Assembly (NCBI GenBank): GCA_031555615.1
Contig: JAVBUF010000009.1
Span: 26,102 to 90,101, forward strand
From: Lachnospiraceae bacterium
Lineage (GTDB): Bacteria > Bacillota > Clostridia > Lachnospirales > Lachnospiraceae
Direction: 5' to 3'
Length of the DNA: 64,000 nucleotides
The translations under genes and the position numbers were made by a program. The notes under the pieces were generated by a model. The model was not told the DNA's origin. It ran no database searches and was given only the letters and a program-made list of their open reading frames with translations. Position 1 is the stretch's first letter. Every line of letters starts with the position of its first letter. Shown piece by piece: positions 35,201 through 43,937 of the stretch.

Positions 35201-37076
35201 AATTATCCTTTCTGTCCGAAATATACATCACCCGCATCGCATTCAATATCGCTATTACAGCCACACCCACATCGGCAAATACCGCTGCCCACATGGAAGC
35301 TGCACCTAGTGCTGCCATTAATAATACCAAAACTTTTATGCCGATTGCAAATATGATATTTTGCTTTACGATTGCCAAAGTCTTGTGAGAAATCTGAATT
35401 GCTTTGGCAATTTTAGAAGGTTCGTCGGTCATGATTACAATATCGGCAGCCTCAATGGCCGCATCCGATCCCATGCCTCCCATGGCGATGCCAATATCCG
35501 CTCTGGCCAAAACCGGTGCATCATTGATGCCGTCACCAACAAAAACCAATTTACTTCCTGCCTTCTTAACAGCTAAAAGTTCTTCTACCCGGTCTACTTT
35601 ATCGCCGGGAAGCAATTCTGCATATACCTGCTCAATTCCCAGTTCTGCCGCCACATGCTCCGCCACCGGACGGCTGTCTCCGGTGAGCATAACGATCTGT
35701 CTGATACCGGCCGTTTTTAACTGCCGGACTGCTGCCGGGGCATCTTCTTTGACCGCATCGGCAATGACGATATATCCCTGATACTCCGTCTTTCTTGCCA
35801 CATATACAATAGTGCCGATTTCCTTAGCTGCCGTAAAAGAAATTCCTCGCCTGTGCATCAGCTTATCGTTGCCGGCATAAACAGGATTCCCATCCAGTTG
35901 GGCTGTTATCCCGTGACCGGCAATTTCCTCTACAGCCGTCAGTCTGGTCTGGTCAATCTTTTGTCCATAAGCTGACAGCAATGACTTTGAAATCGGGTGA
36001 TTGGAATAGCTTTCGGCATAAGCTGCAATTTCCAGCAGTTCTTCTGCATTTGACAGGTCTGTCGGTACGATTTTGCTGACCACAAAATTACCTTTGGTCA
36101 GGGTTCCTGTTTTGTCCATTACGATTATTTCTGCCTCTGCCAGGGCTTCCAGATAATTGCTTCCTTTTACCAGAATTCCGGCTTTACTGGCTCCCCCCAG
36201 GCCACCAAAAAAACTAAGGGGAATACTGATGACCAGCGCACAGGGACATGAGATGACCAAAAAGGTCAATGCACGGTAAATCCATGTTTGAAATCCTCCT
36301 CCCATCACTATCGGCGGTATTACCGCCAGTAATGCTGCGCATACCACCACAATGGGCGTATAATATTTGGCAAATTTGGTTATGAAGTTCTCCGCTTCCG
36401 CCTTTTTACTTCCGGCATTCTCTACCAGATCCAATATCTTCGCTACCGTAGACTGGCCAAATTCCTTTTCCACCCGAATCTCCAGCACCCCGCTTTGATT
36501 CACACAGCCGCTGATGACCGGTTCCCCTTCCCACACTTCCCGGGGAACACTTTCACCGGTCAGGGCCACTGTATCCAAAAAGGAACTTCCTTTTGCTACA
36601 ACTCCATCCAGGGGAATCTTTTCTCCCGGTTTCACCAGGATGATTTCACCGATGGTCACTTCCTCCGGATCAACCGTCTGAAAAGTGCCTTCCCGCAGCA
36701 CATTGGCATAATCCGGCCGGATATCCATCAGCTCGGTTATGGATTTGCGGGATTTATTGACCGCATAGGATTGGAAGCATTCACCAACCTGATAAAAAAG
36801 CATAACCGCTACCGCTTCGGAATAATCACCCACGAAAAAGGCTCCCACCGTGGCAATCATCATTAAGAAGTTTTCATCAAACACCTGGCCCTTACTGATG
36901 TTCATAACCGCTCTTTTGACCACATCACCGCCGATAATGATATAAGCCGCAACGAACAGCAGGGAACTGATCAGCAGGATATTTTCCGGCAGGCAGCGGG
37001 CAGAAATAATCGCACTGATATAAACTGCCGCGCCAGCAGCAATTCTTTGAATTCTTTTCTTTAATTTTCCGGTCAT
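35184..37076 (-). CDS. cadA: Cd/Zn/Co-type heavy-metal P1B ATPase lacking its own HMA domain
   Basis: CPCALVISIP, DKTGTLT, SNHPISKSL, GDGINDAP. The protein starts directly with TM helices. The start is 1 nt after the stop of the HMA gene. Confidence 0.85.
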   Translation of the reverse strand: MTGKLKKRIQRIAAGAAVYISAIISARCLPENILLISSLLFVAAYIIIGGDVVKRAVMNISKGQVFDENFLMMIATVGAFFVGDYSEAVAVMLFYQVGECFQSYAVNKSRKSITELMDIRPDYANVLREGTFQTVDPEEVTIGEIILVKPGEKIPLDGVVAKGSSFLDTVALTGESVPREVWEGEPVISGCVNQSGVLEIRVEKEFGQSTVAKILDLVENAGSKKAEAENFITKFAKYYTPIVVVCAALLAVIPPIVMGGGFQTWIYRALTFLVISCPCALVISIPLSFFGGLGGASKAGILVKGSNYLEALAEAEIIVMDKTGTLTKGNFVVSKIVPTDLSNAEELLEIAAYAESYSNHPISKSLLSAYGQKIDQTRLTAVEEIAGHGITAQLDGNPVYAGNDKLMHRRGISFTAAKEIGTIVYVARKTEYQGYIVIADAVKEDAPAAVRQLKTAGIRQIVMLTGDSRPVAEHVAAELGIEQVYAELLPGDKVDRVEELLAVKKAGSKLVFVGDGINDAPVLARADIGIAMGGMGSDAAIEAADIVIMTDEPSKIAKAIQISHKTLAIVKQNIIFAIGIKVLVLLMAALGAASMWAAVFADVGVAVIAILNAMRVMYISDRKDNYAAKV

Positions 37077-37077
37077 A

Positions 37078-37299
37078 TTATTTCTCCAAAACCGCTACAT
37101 CCGGTTCAAATTTCTTAACAATTTTCTTAATATCTGCGGTAATTCCTTGGGCTTTATCATTTTCTACTTCCACGATCAGCTTCTGGGTCAGCAGCGTAAC
37201 CGTGCTTTTCAAAACCCCCTCCAGATTTCCTACTGCCTCTTCAATCTTGGCTGCACAGTGGGCACAGTCCAAATCCTCTAAAATATATACTTTTTTCAT
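37078..37299 (-). CDS. stand-alone heavy-metal-associated (HMA) domain protein
   Basis: 73 aa. KVYILEDLDCAHCAAKIEEAV resembles the CxxC metal-binding domain normally fused to CadA-type pumps. Confidence 0.8.
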   Translation of the reverse strand: MKKVYILEDLDCAHCAAKIEEAVGNLEGVLKSTVTLLTQKLIVEVENDKAQGITADIKKIVKKFEPDVAVLEK

Positions 37300-37328
37300 T
37301 TGCTTTTCTCCTGTTCTGTTTTTTGTTC

Positions 37329-37694
37329 TTACTCTTCGATATGATCCATTCCCTGGTTCAAAATTGACTTAATATGGTCATCGGCCAGAGAATAAAAAAC
37401 AGTTTTTCCTTCCCGCCGGTACCTCACCAGATTCATCTGTTTCAAGGTCCGCAGCTGATGAGATATGGCTGACTGGGTCATGCTCAGCATATCCGCCATA
37501 TCGCATACACACATTTCCGAATACAGTAATACGTACAGCATCTTAATCCGGGTGGAATCAGCAAATACTTTAAAGAAATCGGCCAGATCGTATAATACAT
37601 CTTCTTCCGGCATTTGTTTTTTAATCTGATCCACCACATCTTCGTGAACGTGGATACATTCACATTTTTCAATATGTTCCTCCGCTTTTATCAC
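37329..37694 (-). CDS. ArsR/SmtB-family metalloregulator (CadC-like)
   Basis: EMCVCDMADML (the alpha-3 CVC site), N-terminal CEC, and a winged-helix region ISHQLRTLKQMNLVRYRREGKTVFYSL. I placed the start at GTG 37694 because AAAGGAGG lies 5 nt upstream. The ORF-track ATG 37736 has no RBS. Confidence 0.8.
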   Translation of the reverse strand: MIKAEEHIEKCECIHVHEDVVDQIKKQMPEEDVLYDLADFFKVFADSTRIKMLYVLLYSEMCVCDMADMLSMTQSAISHQLRTLKQMNLVRYRREGKTVFYSLADDHIKSILNQGMDHIEE

Positions 37695-37714
37695 ATTGAC
37701 CTCCTTTAACACTT

Positions 37715-37770
37715 GTTCATATGAGCAATCGTTCATATGAACATTATATCACTATATTTCCGCTTGTCAA
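37715..37770 (-). promoter_or_regulatory. promoter plus twin palindromic operators of the metal operon
   Basis: The minus strand reads TTGACA-16 nt-TATAAT (37770..37743). It is followed immediately by GTTCATATGAAC (37731..37742, a perfect 12-bp palindrome) and GCTCATATGAAC (37715..37726), with centres 16 bp apart. Confidence 0.6.
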
Positions 37771-37796
37771 TAATCATTTCTAAAATTTTTTAACAT

Positions 37797-37817
37797 AAAA
37801 AAACGCCCCTTATGAGC
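37797..37817 (-). terminator. weak terminator after the discoidin-protein gene
   Basis: The minus strand reads GCUC-auaag-GGGC followed by GUUUUUUU. The stem is short, so confidence is low. Confidence 0.35.
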
Positions 37818-37850
37818 ATTTTTTTAGTTAGCTTAATTATTCGCTTACCA

Positions 37851-38474
37851 TCAGGAATCAGCATATACTTCCAGCTCTGCCACCTGTCCCCCGCCGGCAC
37901 CGGTATTACCGGTAAAGGACAATCGGATATATTGTGTTTCCACCGCTGCAAATTCAATTACTGCTTCATTGCCGCGATCCGGATCAAAAACATAGGTTTT
38001 TTCCGGCACCAGTTCAATGAACGCTTCACCATCACTGCTGATCTGTACCGAAAAGGTCTGTTCCCTTCTCCCCCAGATGTTCTGCGGACATAAACATACT
38101 CTGACAGCATGTATACTCTTTTCTTCTTTTAAATTCAGGGTCAGCAGATTGGGATAGGTGTCTTTTTTTCCTTCCCAATAGGATACACCCGTGGCTTGAC
38201 CGTCAATGGCCTTCCTGGGAGTTAAACTCCCTTCAAAGCTGCTGGCATCTATTTTCCCTTCCGGCGCAACATTAATCCCCTGAGGAATCTGGGGAATATA
38301 TTCTTCTTTGATAAAATCGGGATGGGCCATACTTTCTGTCTGCTCCGGCACTTCCACGATAGTCAGATTTTCTTCTTTCATTACCTGTTCCGGGGGTGTG
38401 GGATTGATAAAAATGCTGATTAAAATAAGCAATATCAGGATCACTCCCAGCCCTATATTTATTTTTCTTTTCAC
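37851..38474 (-). CDS. membrane-anchored discoidin (F5/8 type C) domain protein
   Basis: N-terminal TM anchor (IGLGVILILLILISIFI). The C-terminal ~140 aa carry discoidin hallmarks (AIDGQATGVSYWEG...YIRLSFTGNTGAGGGQVAELEVY). Confidence 0.7.
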   Translation of the reverse strand: MKRKINIGLGVILILLILISIFINPTPPEQVMKEENLTIVEVPEQTESMAHPDFIKEEYIPQIPQGINVAPEGKIDASSFEGSLTPRKAIDGQATGVSYWEGKKDTYPNLLTLNLKEEKSIHAVRVCLCPQNIWGRREQTFSVQISSDGEAFIELVPEKTYVFDPDRGNEAVIEFAAVETQYIRLSFTGNTGAGGGQVAELEVYADS

Positions 38475-38486
38475 TGATGCCCTCTC

Positions 38487-40025
38487 CTATTGAATGGTTA
38501 AACTGCCTGTAGTGCTTTCCTCTATTTCAAAGTGTCCATCCTCAAAACCGGTTATTTTTTTGCCTAAGATTGTCAGGTTCTTAATAGATACCCTTTCAAT
38601 TTTGTGTTCACCATCAAATCCTTTGATGCGGGAAGGAGCATCATTTCCCTCTAAAAGCGTGACATTTTCGATTGCAATATCTTGAATCGTACCTCTTTCC
38701 CTGGTGGTGGACCAATTGGTGCTCTGGGCAATGTTCAAATCTATCAGATAGGGCATTTCACTGCCGTCACCGCTGCCCATCCGGCCATTTTCCACGATAA
38801 TATTGCGGAAAGCAATGTCCGATACTGCTGCATCATCGGCATTGTGTACCGAAATTACCGGTTTGTGAAAATTATTCAAAACAATAATATCTTCAAACAA
38901 AATGTCATTGATGGCCGCACCCGGTTTATCACCTTTGTTGGTTTCATATCCCACTTCCATAGATTGAGCCAGATCAGTCCAAAGCTGCATATTCTGAAAG
39001 GTAATATGTCTGGAATTTCCCTCATAATTTTTGACAACCAGGGAATCGTCCCAGGTTCGGACAAAGCAGTTCCTGACCGTAAAATCCTGGCAGGACTGCA
39101 GGGTAATTCCATCGCCGTTGGGACGGGGAGAAATAATCTTAATTCCGTCAATCAGACCGTTTTTACTCTCAAAGCCCTGGCACACCCAGGCATTGGCATT
39201 TAAAACAATAACATCCTTAACGGTAATATCATCACAATAATCAAATTTTAAAGGAATATATGCACTTGTGCCTTTCCAGCCGGCCAAATGGGACCCATCA
39301 ATAATCCCCCGGCCCATTACGGTAATGTCTTTGGCATAATTGGCATTGACGATTCCATGTACTACCGCACCACCGGCCAGATACAGGGTCTGCCCGTCAG
39401 CCAGGGTGATACTCTCGATATCCCATTCCCCGGGTCCGATGTAAATCACCTTTTCATCATTAAAATCCGGCAGTTCCGTTTCCAGCGGATTGGCAAAAAT
39501 GTGTACTGCCCGCTCCGGTGAATCATTCCAGGTAACGGTATAAACATCGGGGGTGTCGATCATAAAGGATATGGTCCGGTTTTCCTTATCAATCTCCGGA
39601 ATGATTCCATAACTCACAGGACTGATCTTTACTGTCTCAATTTCTCTTTCCGTCAGGGTTACCGTAATTTCAGCCCCTTCTTCAAAATCAAAATAAGCCA
39701 CCGGAGTCCGGGAAATGGGCGGTACATAACCATCCACCCATTTTCTGGTGTGGTTCACATTGGTATCATAGACATAACAGTCATAACCATTTACTTTGAT
39801 GAAAGTATCGGTGCAATGCATCAGCGACAGATCCCGTTGATTTTCCGACACTGATTTCCGGTCTTCGGCAGATGCATCCTTAAGGCTGACCGGTCCTTCA
39901 TACAATACCAGCTTGGCTTCTTCCAGCATATTTTCACTTCCCTCACTCATTATTTTCCTGCTCATTATAACAGCACTGACGCCGATGGCTGCCAGCAGAA
40001 CAATCATAATGATATTATTTTTCAT
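38487..40025 (-). CDS. membrane-anchored right-handed beta-helix glycosidase (clan GH-N, GH28/GH49-like)
   Basis: N-terminal TM anchor. Repetitive I/V-x-N beta-helix coils. SPRPNGDGITLQSC and TWDDSLVVKNY resemble the GH28 NTDG and DD motifs. RIKG is present near the C-terminus, but there is no GHG motif. It overlaps pgmB by 11 nt. Confidence 0.6.
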   Translation of the reverse strand: MKNNIIMIVLLAAIGVSAVIMSRKIMSEGSENMLEEAKLVLYEGPVSLKDASAEDRKSVSENQRDLSLMHCTDTFIKVNGYDCYVYDTNVNHTRKWVDGYVPPISRTPVAYFDFEEGAEITVTLTEREIETVKISPVSYGIIPEIDKENRTISFMIDTPDVYTVTWNDSPERAVHIFANPLETELPDFNDEKVIYIGPGEWDIESITLADGQTLYLAGGAVVHGIVNANYAKDITVMGRGIIDGSHLAGWKGTSAYIPLKFDYCDDITVKDVIVLNANAWVCQGFESKNGLIDGIKIISPRPNGDGITLQSCQDFTVRNCFVRTWDDSLVVKNYEGNSRHITFQNMQLWTDLAQSMEVGYETNKGDKPGAAINDILFEDIIVLNNFHKPVISVHNADDAAVSDIAFRNIIVENGRMGSGDGSEMPYLIDLNIAQSTNWSTTRERGTIQDIAIENVTLLEGNDAPSRIKGFDGEHKIERVSIKNLTILGKKITGFEDGHFEIEESTTGSLTIQ

Positions 40026-40665
40026 TTAAAATTGCCTCCCAGTCAATATTTGCCGTTAAGGTTCGAGCTGCATAATCCGCTCCCAAAGAAGTATAATAAG
40101 GGCCTACTCCCAGAGATTTCATAGCGGCCGCCTTTGCGGCTGTAATACCTGCTGCCGAATCCTCTACCACCACACAGTCTTCCGGCGCTGCCTTTAATTT
40201 TTCTGCCGCTACCAGGAACACCTCCGGGTCCGGCTTGGAACGTGTGATATCCAAGCCGCAGCTGACCTGATCAATATAAATATCCAACCCGGTTTTCTGT
40301 AAGATCATGGGGGTATTCTTGCTGGCTGAGCCTACCGCTATCTTGACGCCTTTGCCCCGCAGCATGGTGAGGGTCTGTATTGCTCCTTCCAGCACCGCAC
40401 TGTGGTCCAATTCCGCCAGCATTTCTTTATAATATTCATTCTTTCGGTCAGCCAATTTCGTCTTTTCCGTTTCGCTGAAGTTTTTCGCTGATTTTTCCAA
40501 AACCACCTCCAGAGATTCCATGCGGCTGACCCCTCTTTGCCGTTCATTATCCGCTCTGGAAAAATCAGGTATTTCCAACTCCTCCGCTAACTTTTTCCAT
40601 GCCCGATAATGTAGCTCATCGGTGGAAACCAGTACTCCATCTAAATCAAAAATAACATTTTTCAT
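40015..40665 (-). CDS. pgmB: beta-phosphoglucomutase
   Basis: HAD motif I VIFDLDGVLVSTD, GSASKN and VVVEDSAAGI. 216 aa. Adjacent to two GH65 genes. Confidence 0.85.
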   Translation of the reverse strand: MKNVIFDLDGVLVSTDELHYRAWKKLAEELEIPDFSRADNERQRGVSRMESLEVVLEKSAKNFSETEKTKLADRKNEYYKEMLAELDHSAVLEGAIQTLTMLRGKGVKIAVGSASKNTPMILQKTGLDIYIDQVSCGLDITRSKPDPEVFLVAAEKLKAAPEDCVVVEDSAAGITAAKAAAMKSLGVGPYYTSLGADYAARTLTANIDWEAILNEK

Positions 40666-40732
40666 TATACTTCTCCTCTAATATGATTTTCATTGAAAAA
40701 CTTTTTTAATAATGATACAATGTATGTGGTCA

Positions 40733-40746
40733 GTTAAACGTTAAAC
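40733..40746. promoter_or_regulatory. LacI-type operator (third copy, 1 mismatch) in the pgmB / lacI divergent region
   Basis: GTTAAACGTTAAAC (reverse complement GTTTAACGTTTAAC) differs at one position from the palindrome at 49605 and 49667. It lies 33 nt upstream of the regulator ATG. Confidence 0.55.
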
Positions 40747-40778
40747 GTTTTAATTTCCGTACCAGAAAGGGTTTTCAT

Positions 40779-41789
40779 ATGGTAACCATAAAAGATATTG
40801 CCCAGATAACGGGTGTCAGCTGCACAACCGTGTCTAACGTAATCAATGGTAAAGATCATCGGGTTTCGGCCGAAACCATCGAAAGAATCAATGAGGCCAT
40901 CCAAAAGCTTGGCTATGTTCCCAATATGTCAGCCCGTTCTCTTGTCTCCAATTCCTCTAAGGTGATTGGTTTTATTAATCATGTGGTTACCAAGGATGAT
41001 TCTAATTTTATGGAAGATCCCTTTCATTCGGTCTTTATCGGTGTTTTGGAAAGAGTTCTGCGGGAAAACGGATATTATCTGATGCTGCGGACTGTTGCCA
41101 CGGCCGAAGAGCTGATGGCTTTTCTTCGAAACTGGAATGTGGATGGCCTGTTTTTTACGGGTATTTTTAAAGATGCTTTTTTTGATGCCCTGGCCCCCCT
41201 TACCATCCCCATTGTTCTGGTTGACAGTTATGTTTCTGATACCCATATATGCAACATCGGACTGGAAGATTTTAAAGGCAGTCACATGGCCACTTCCCAC
41301 CTGATTGAAAAGGGACATCGAAAAATTGCTTTTGCCTCTCCCTCTTTCCGGGAAGGCGGCGTTGTTCATGCCCGCTTCAGTGGTTATCAAAAAGCATTGG
41401 AGGACAACCATATTCCTTTTGATCCGTCATTGATTCTGGAAGCGGAAATGGACTTTTCTTCCTGCCAGCAATTATGCGATGAACTCATTCGGATTCCCGA
41501 ACTGACTGCCCTGGTGGTTTCAGCCGATATTATGGCCGCCAATCTGATGACTTGTCTGCGGGAAAAAGGGATTGCCATTCCCCGGGATATTTCTGTTATC
41601 GGGTTTGATGACATCAGCTTAAGCCGGGTGGTTACGCCGCCCCTCACCACCATTCACCAGGATATGAACCTGAAGGGTTCCATGGCGGTGGAAATGATGC
41701 TGGAACGGCTGGAGGGCAATACCCCGAAGAAATCCAATATTACCCTGCCGGTACAGCTGATTCAGCGGGAAAGTGTCCGAACGCTGTAA
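40779..41789 (+). CDS. LacI-family transcriptional regulator
   Basis: HTH MVTIKDIAQITGVSCTTVSNVINGK followed by a periplasmic-binding-fold effector domain. GAAAGGG RBS. Confidence 0.9.
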   Translation: MVTIKDIAQITGVSCTTVSNVINGKDHRVSAETIERINEAIQKLGYVPNMSARSLVSNSSKVIGFINHVVTKDDSNFMEDPFHSVFIGVLERVLRENGYYLMLRTVATAEELMAFLRNWNVDGLFFTGIFKDAFFDALAPLTIPIVLVDSYVSDTHICNIGLEDFKGSHMATSHLIEKGHRKIAFASPSFREGGVVHARFSGYQKALEDNHIPFDPSLILEAEMDFSSCQQLCDELIRIPELTALVVSADIMAANLMTCLREKGIAIPRDISVIGFDDISLSRVVTPPLTTIHQDMNLKGSMAVEMMLERLEGNTPKKSNITLPVQLIQRESVRTL

Positions 41790-43936
41790 TCCTTCTTTTC
41801 TTTGATAATTTCAATATCATATATTTTTTGTAAAAAACGAATGGTAAATTTCATTTTGGTCCAATGTTCCGGGAATTTGGGGTTTATTTTGATTTCACCG
41901 TTCTCAAAAGATACCCCCGCAAATCCGTGGATTGCAGTCATATATGCCCCTCCTGCTGCTGCCGGATGGGAACCGCCGATATATACCAGACCGGCCCATT
42001 GTTTACCGCCCCCCTGCCAATCTGCCATTGCTGATTTCATAAAAAAGGGATAAGCTTTATCCTGCATATCGCACAGACAGGCCAGCCAGGCATACATACA
42101 GGCACTGAGGGACGATCCATGCTCGGTCCGGGGTTCGTAGTAATTCCAGTTGTTTTTCAATACTTCCATAGGATATTCTCCGGCAAAAAGAGTCAGATAA
42201 GTTACCACATCGGCCTGCTTGATTATTTTGGTTTCCGAGGCCACTCCATAAGCCCCGCCCCAATACTCCTTTTCATGAAGCAGCCGGCTCCTTACGGTTT
42301 CCACCGACACATCTTCCAATGCACTATATCCGTCAAACTGTTCCATAATTCCATCCTGATCCGGGCTCTGCAGATACAGATTGGCAGCCCCCTCCAGAAA
42401 GTTATGTTTTAGCTTTGCCACGTCATAGCGGCCTTTTATCCGGCGGACCGTTTCCTGATCAAACTGTTCCAGACGTTCTAATAATTCACCGGCTGCTTCA
42501 AAAGTATACTTGGCCATACGGTTGGTATAACCGTTATTATTGACCCGTTCATGATATTCATCCGGTCCGATCACATCCCGCAATTCATAATAGTCCCCGG
42601 CCACCCGCTTAACCAGCAGGCCATAATAAAACCGGGCACATTCAATCACCGTTTCCAAACCGCCCTCATTCCAGATACTGTTGTCTCCGCTGACTTCTGC
42701 ATAACGCACGATCCCGTAAACAATGGCCGCGGAAATATGGATTTGTTTGTCCCGGAAATAAGTCCGCATGGGACGCCCGGTAAACACATCGGTAACGTTA
42801 TAATCCGAGCAGGCATCAAACCCCTCCTCCTGGCTTTCCCATGCGTAAAAAGCTCCTTCATATCCATATTCTTTAGCCTTTTTCAAAGCCCCCGGCAGAG
42901 TGTCGATGCGATATCGCAGCAAGGTTTTGGCCACTTCCGGTCTGGTATACAGAAAAAAGGGGAGCATAAACATTTCCGTATCCCAAAATACCGCTCCCTT
43001 ATAAGTCTGACCGGACAGTCCTCTGGCGGGAATAGACAGGCTCTTCCTGTGCCTGGGTGCAATGGAATACAAATGGTATAAGGAATAATTCAATACTTCC
43101 ATGGCTTCCTCATCACCTTCAATGACCACCATTGCCTCTTCCCAATGTCTGGCCCAATGCGCTATATGTTCTTCCTTTTTTCTGATAAAGGTATCAAAAG
43201 CAAACCCTTCTTCCTGTCCGGAATCATGATCCTTACTGGTATGTACATTGACCCTTTTAGTCATTTTAAATGAATTGCCGGCACTCAGGGGACAACTAAT
43301 CCTGCGAAAAATCTTTTTATCCTCCTGCTTAATCTCCTCTTTTCCTCCTGACTTCCACAGCTCTTCCCTGACCCATACAGTCTCACGTTTTTCCTGAATA
43401 GAGGCTTCCGCAGATAACGCTTCTGCTTCCTGTGCCAGTCTGTATTCCTGATAATGAGGCCCATAAATATCCCAGACATCTCCATCAATTCCGGTTGTGA
43501 CACACAGGTCACATTCGTAATCTGCCTTTACTTCATAGTACTGATACAGATAATGGGGATTATCCATATCTGCAAACCGCTGGGTTTCCAGGGTTATCCT
43601 TCCTTTAGCGGTTGCCCATACAGTCTTCCGGTATAAAACAGCTTCCCGATAATCTAAGCGTAACTCGTGTTCCGCCGGAACACGGTCCATGATATGAAAA
43701 ACTTCTCCATCCGCCTGCAGCAATGCGTACAGCGCATTGGGGGCATTCAGCGGTTCCCGCCAGCCGTCCCCCACTTTGTCGTAAATACCAGACAAATTAA
43801 TTGCCACAAGCTGTTCCTTGGTAAACTCTTCCAGGGTACCCCTGACCCCCATATAGCCGTTGCCAATCAAAAAGCGATTGCCGTTATCTTCGTTTCGCCG
43901 GGGATCAAAACCGGTTTCTTTTATTTGCCATTCCAT
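41762..43936 (-). CDS. GH65 alpha-glucoside phosphorylase (kojibiose/trehalose-phosphorylase-like paralogue)
   Basis: 724 aa. NGYMGVRGTLEEF, FWDTEMFMLPF, general-acid motif IGPDEYHE, and GSSLS at the phosphate-site position. The start is 1 nt after the stop of the upstream GH65 gene. Confidence 0.85.
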   Translation of the reverse strand: MEWQIKETGFDPRRNEDNGNRFLIGNGYMGVRGTLEEFTKEQLVAINLSGIYDKVGDGWREPLNAPNALYALLQADGEVFHIMDRVPAEHELRLDYREAVLYRKTVWATAKGRITLETQRFADMDNPHYLYQYYEVKADYECDLCVTTGIDGDVWDIYGPHYQEYRLAQEAEALSAEASIQEKRETVWVREELWKSGGKEEIKQEDKKIFRRISCPLSAGNSFKMTKRVNVHTSKDHDSGQEEGFAFDTFIRKKEEHIAHWARHWEEAMVVIEGDEEAMEVLNYSLYHLYSIAPRHRKSLSIPARGLSGQTYKGAVFWDTEMFMLPFFLYTRPEVAKTLLRYRIDTLPGALKKAKEYGYEGAFYAWESQEEGFDACSDYNVTDVFTGRPMRTYFRDKQIHISAAIVYGIVRYAEVSGDNSIWNEGGLETVIECARFYYGLLVKRVAGDYYELRDVIGPDEYHERVNNNGYTNRMAKYTFEAAGELLERLEQFDQETVRRIKGRYDVAKLKHNFLEGAANLYLQSPDQDGIMEQFDGYSALEDVSVETVRSRLLHEKEYWGGAYGVASETKIIKQADVVTYLTLFAGEYPMEVLKNNWNYYEPRTEHGSSLSACMYAWLACLCDMQDKAYPFFMKSAMADWQGGGKQWAGLVYIGGSHPAAAGGAYMTAIHGFAGVSFENGEIKINPKFPEHWTKMKFTIRFLQKIYDIEIIKEKKDYSVRTLSR

Positions 43937-43937
43937 A

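Noticed and set aside
37695-37736. Apparent leaderless mRNA for the ArsR/CadC regulator. The ORF-track ATG at 37736 lies exactly 7 nt downstream of the TATAAT box and inside the first palindrome.
   Set aside because: An in-frame GTG at 37694 is preceded by a near-perfect AAAGGAGG with a 5-nt spacer and gives a typical ~121-aa ArsR protein that retains the N-terminal CEC site. The conventional reading (promoter, operator-containing leader, RBS, start) is more parsimonious.
42970-43030. The 724-aa GH65 paralogue has GLSGQTYKG where the other paralogue and typical GH65 enzymes have G(L/F)(T/S)GE.Y.G. At first this looked like loss of the catalytic Glu.
   Set aside because: Counting through my recollection of the L. 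brevis maltose phosphorylase sequence places the general acid (Glu487) in the GxDEY motif, not in this motif. Both paralogues keep GPDE(Y/F), so there is no evidence of inactivation.
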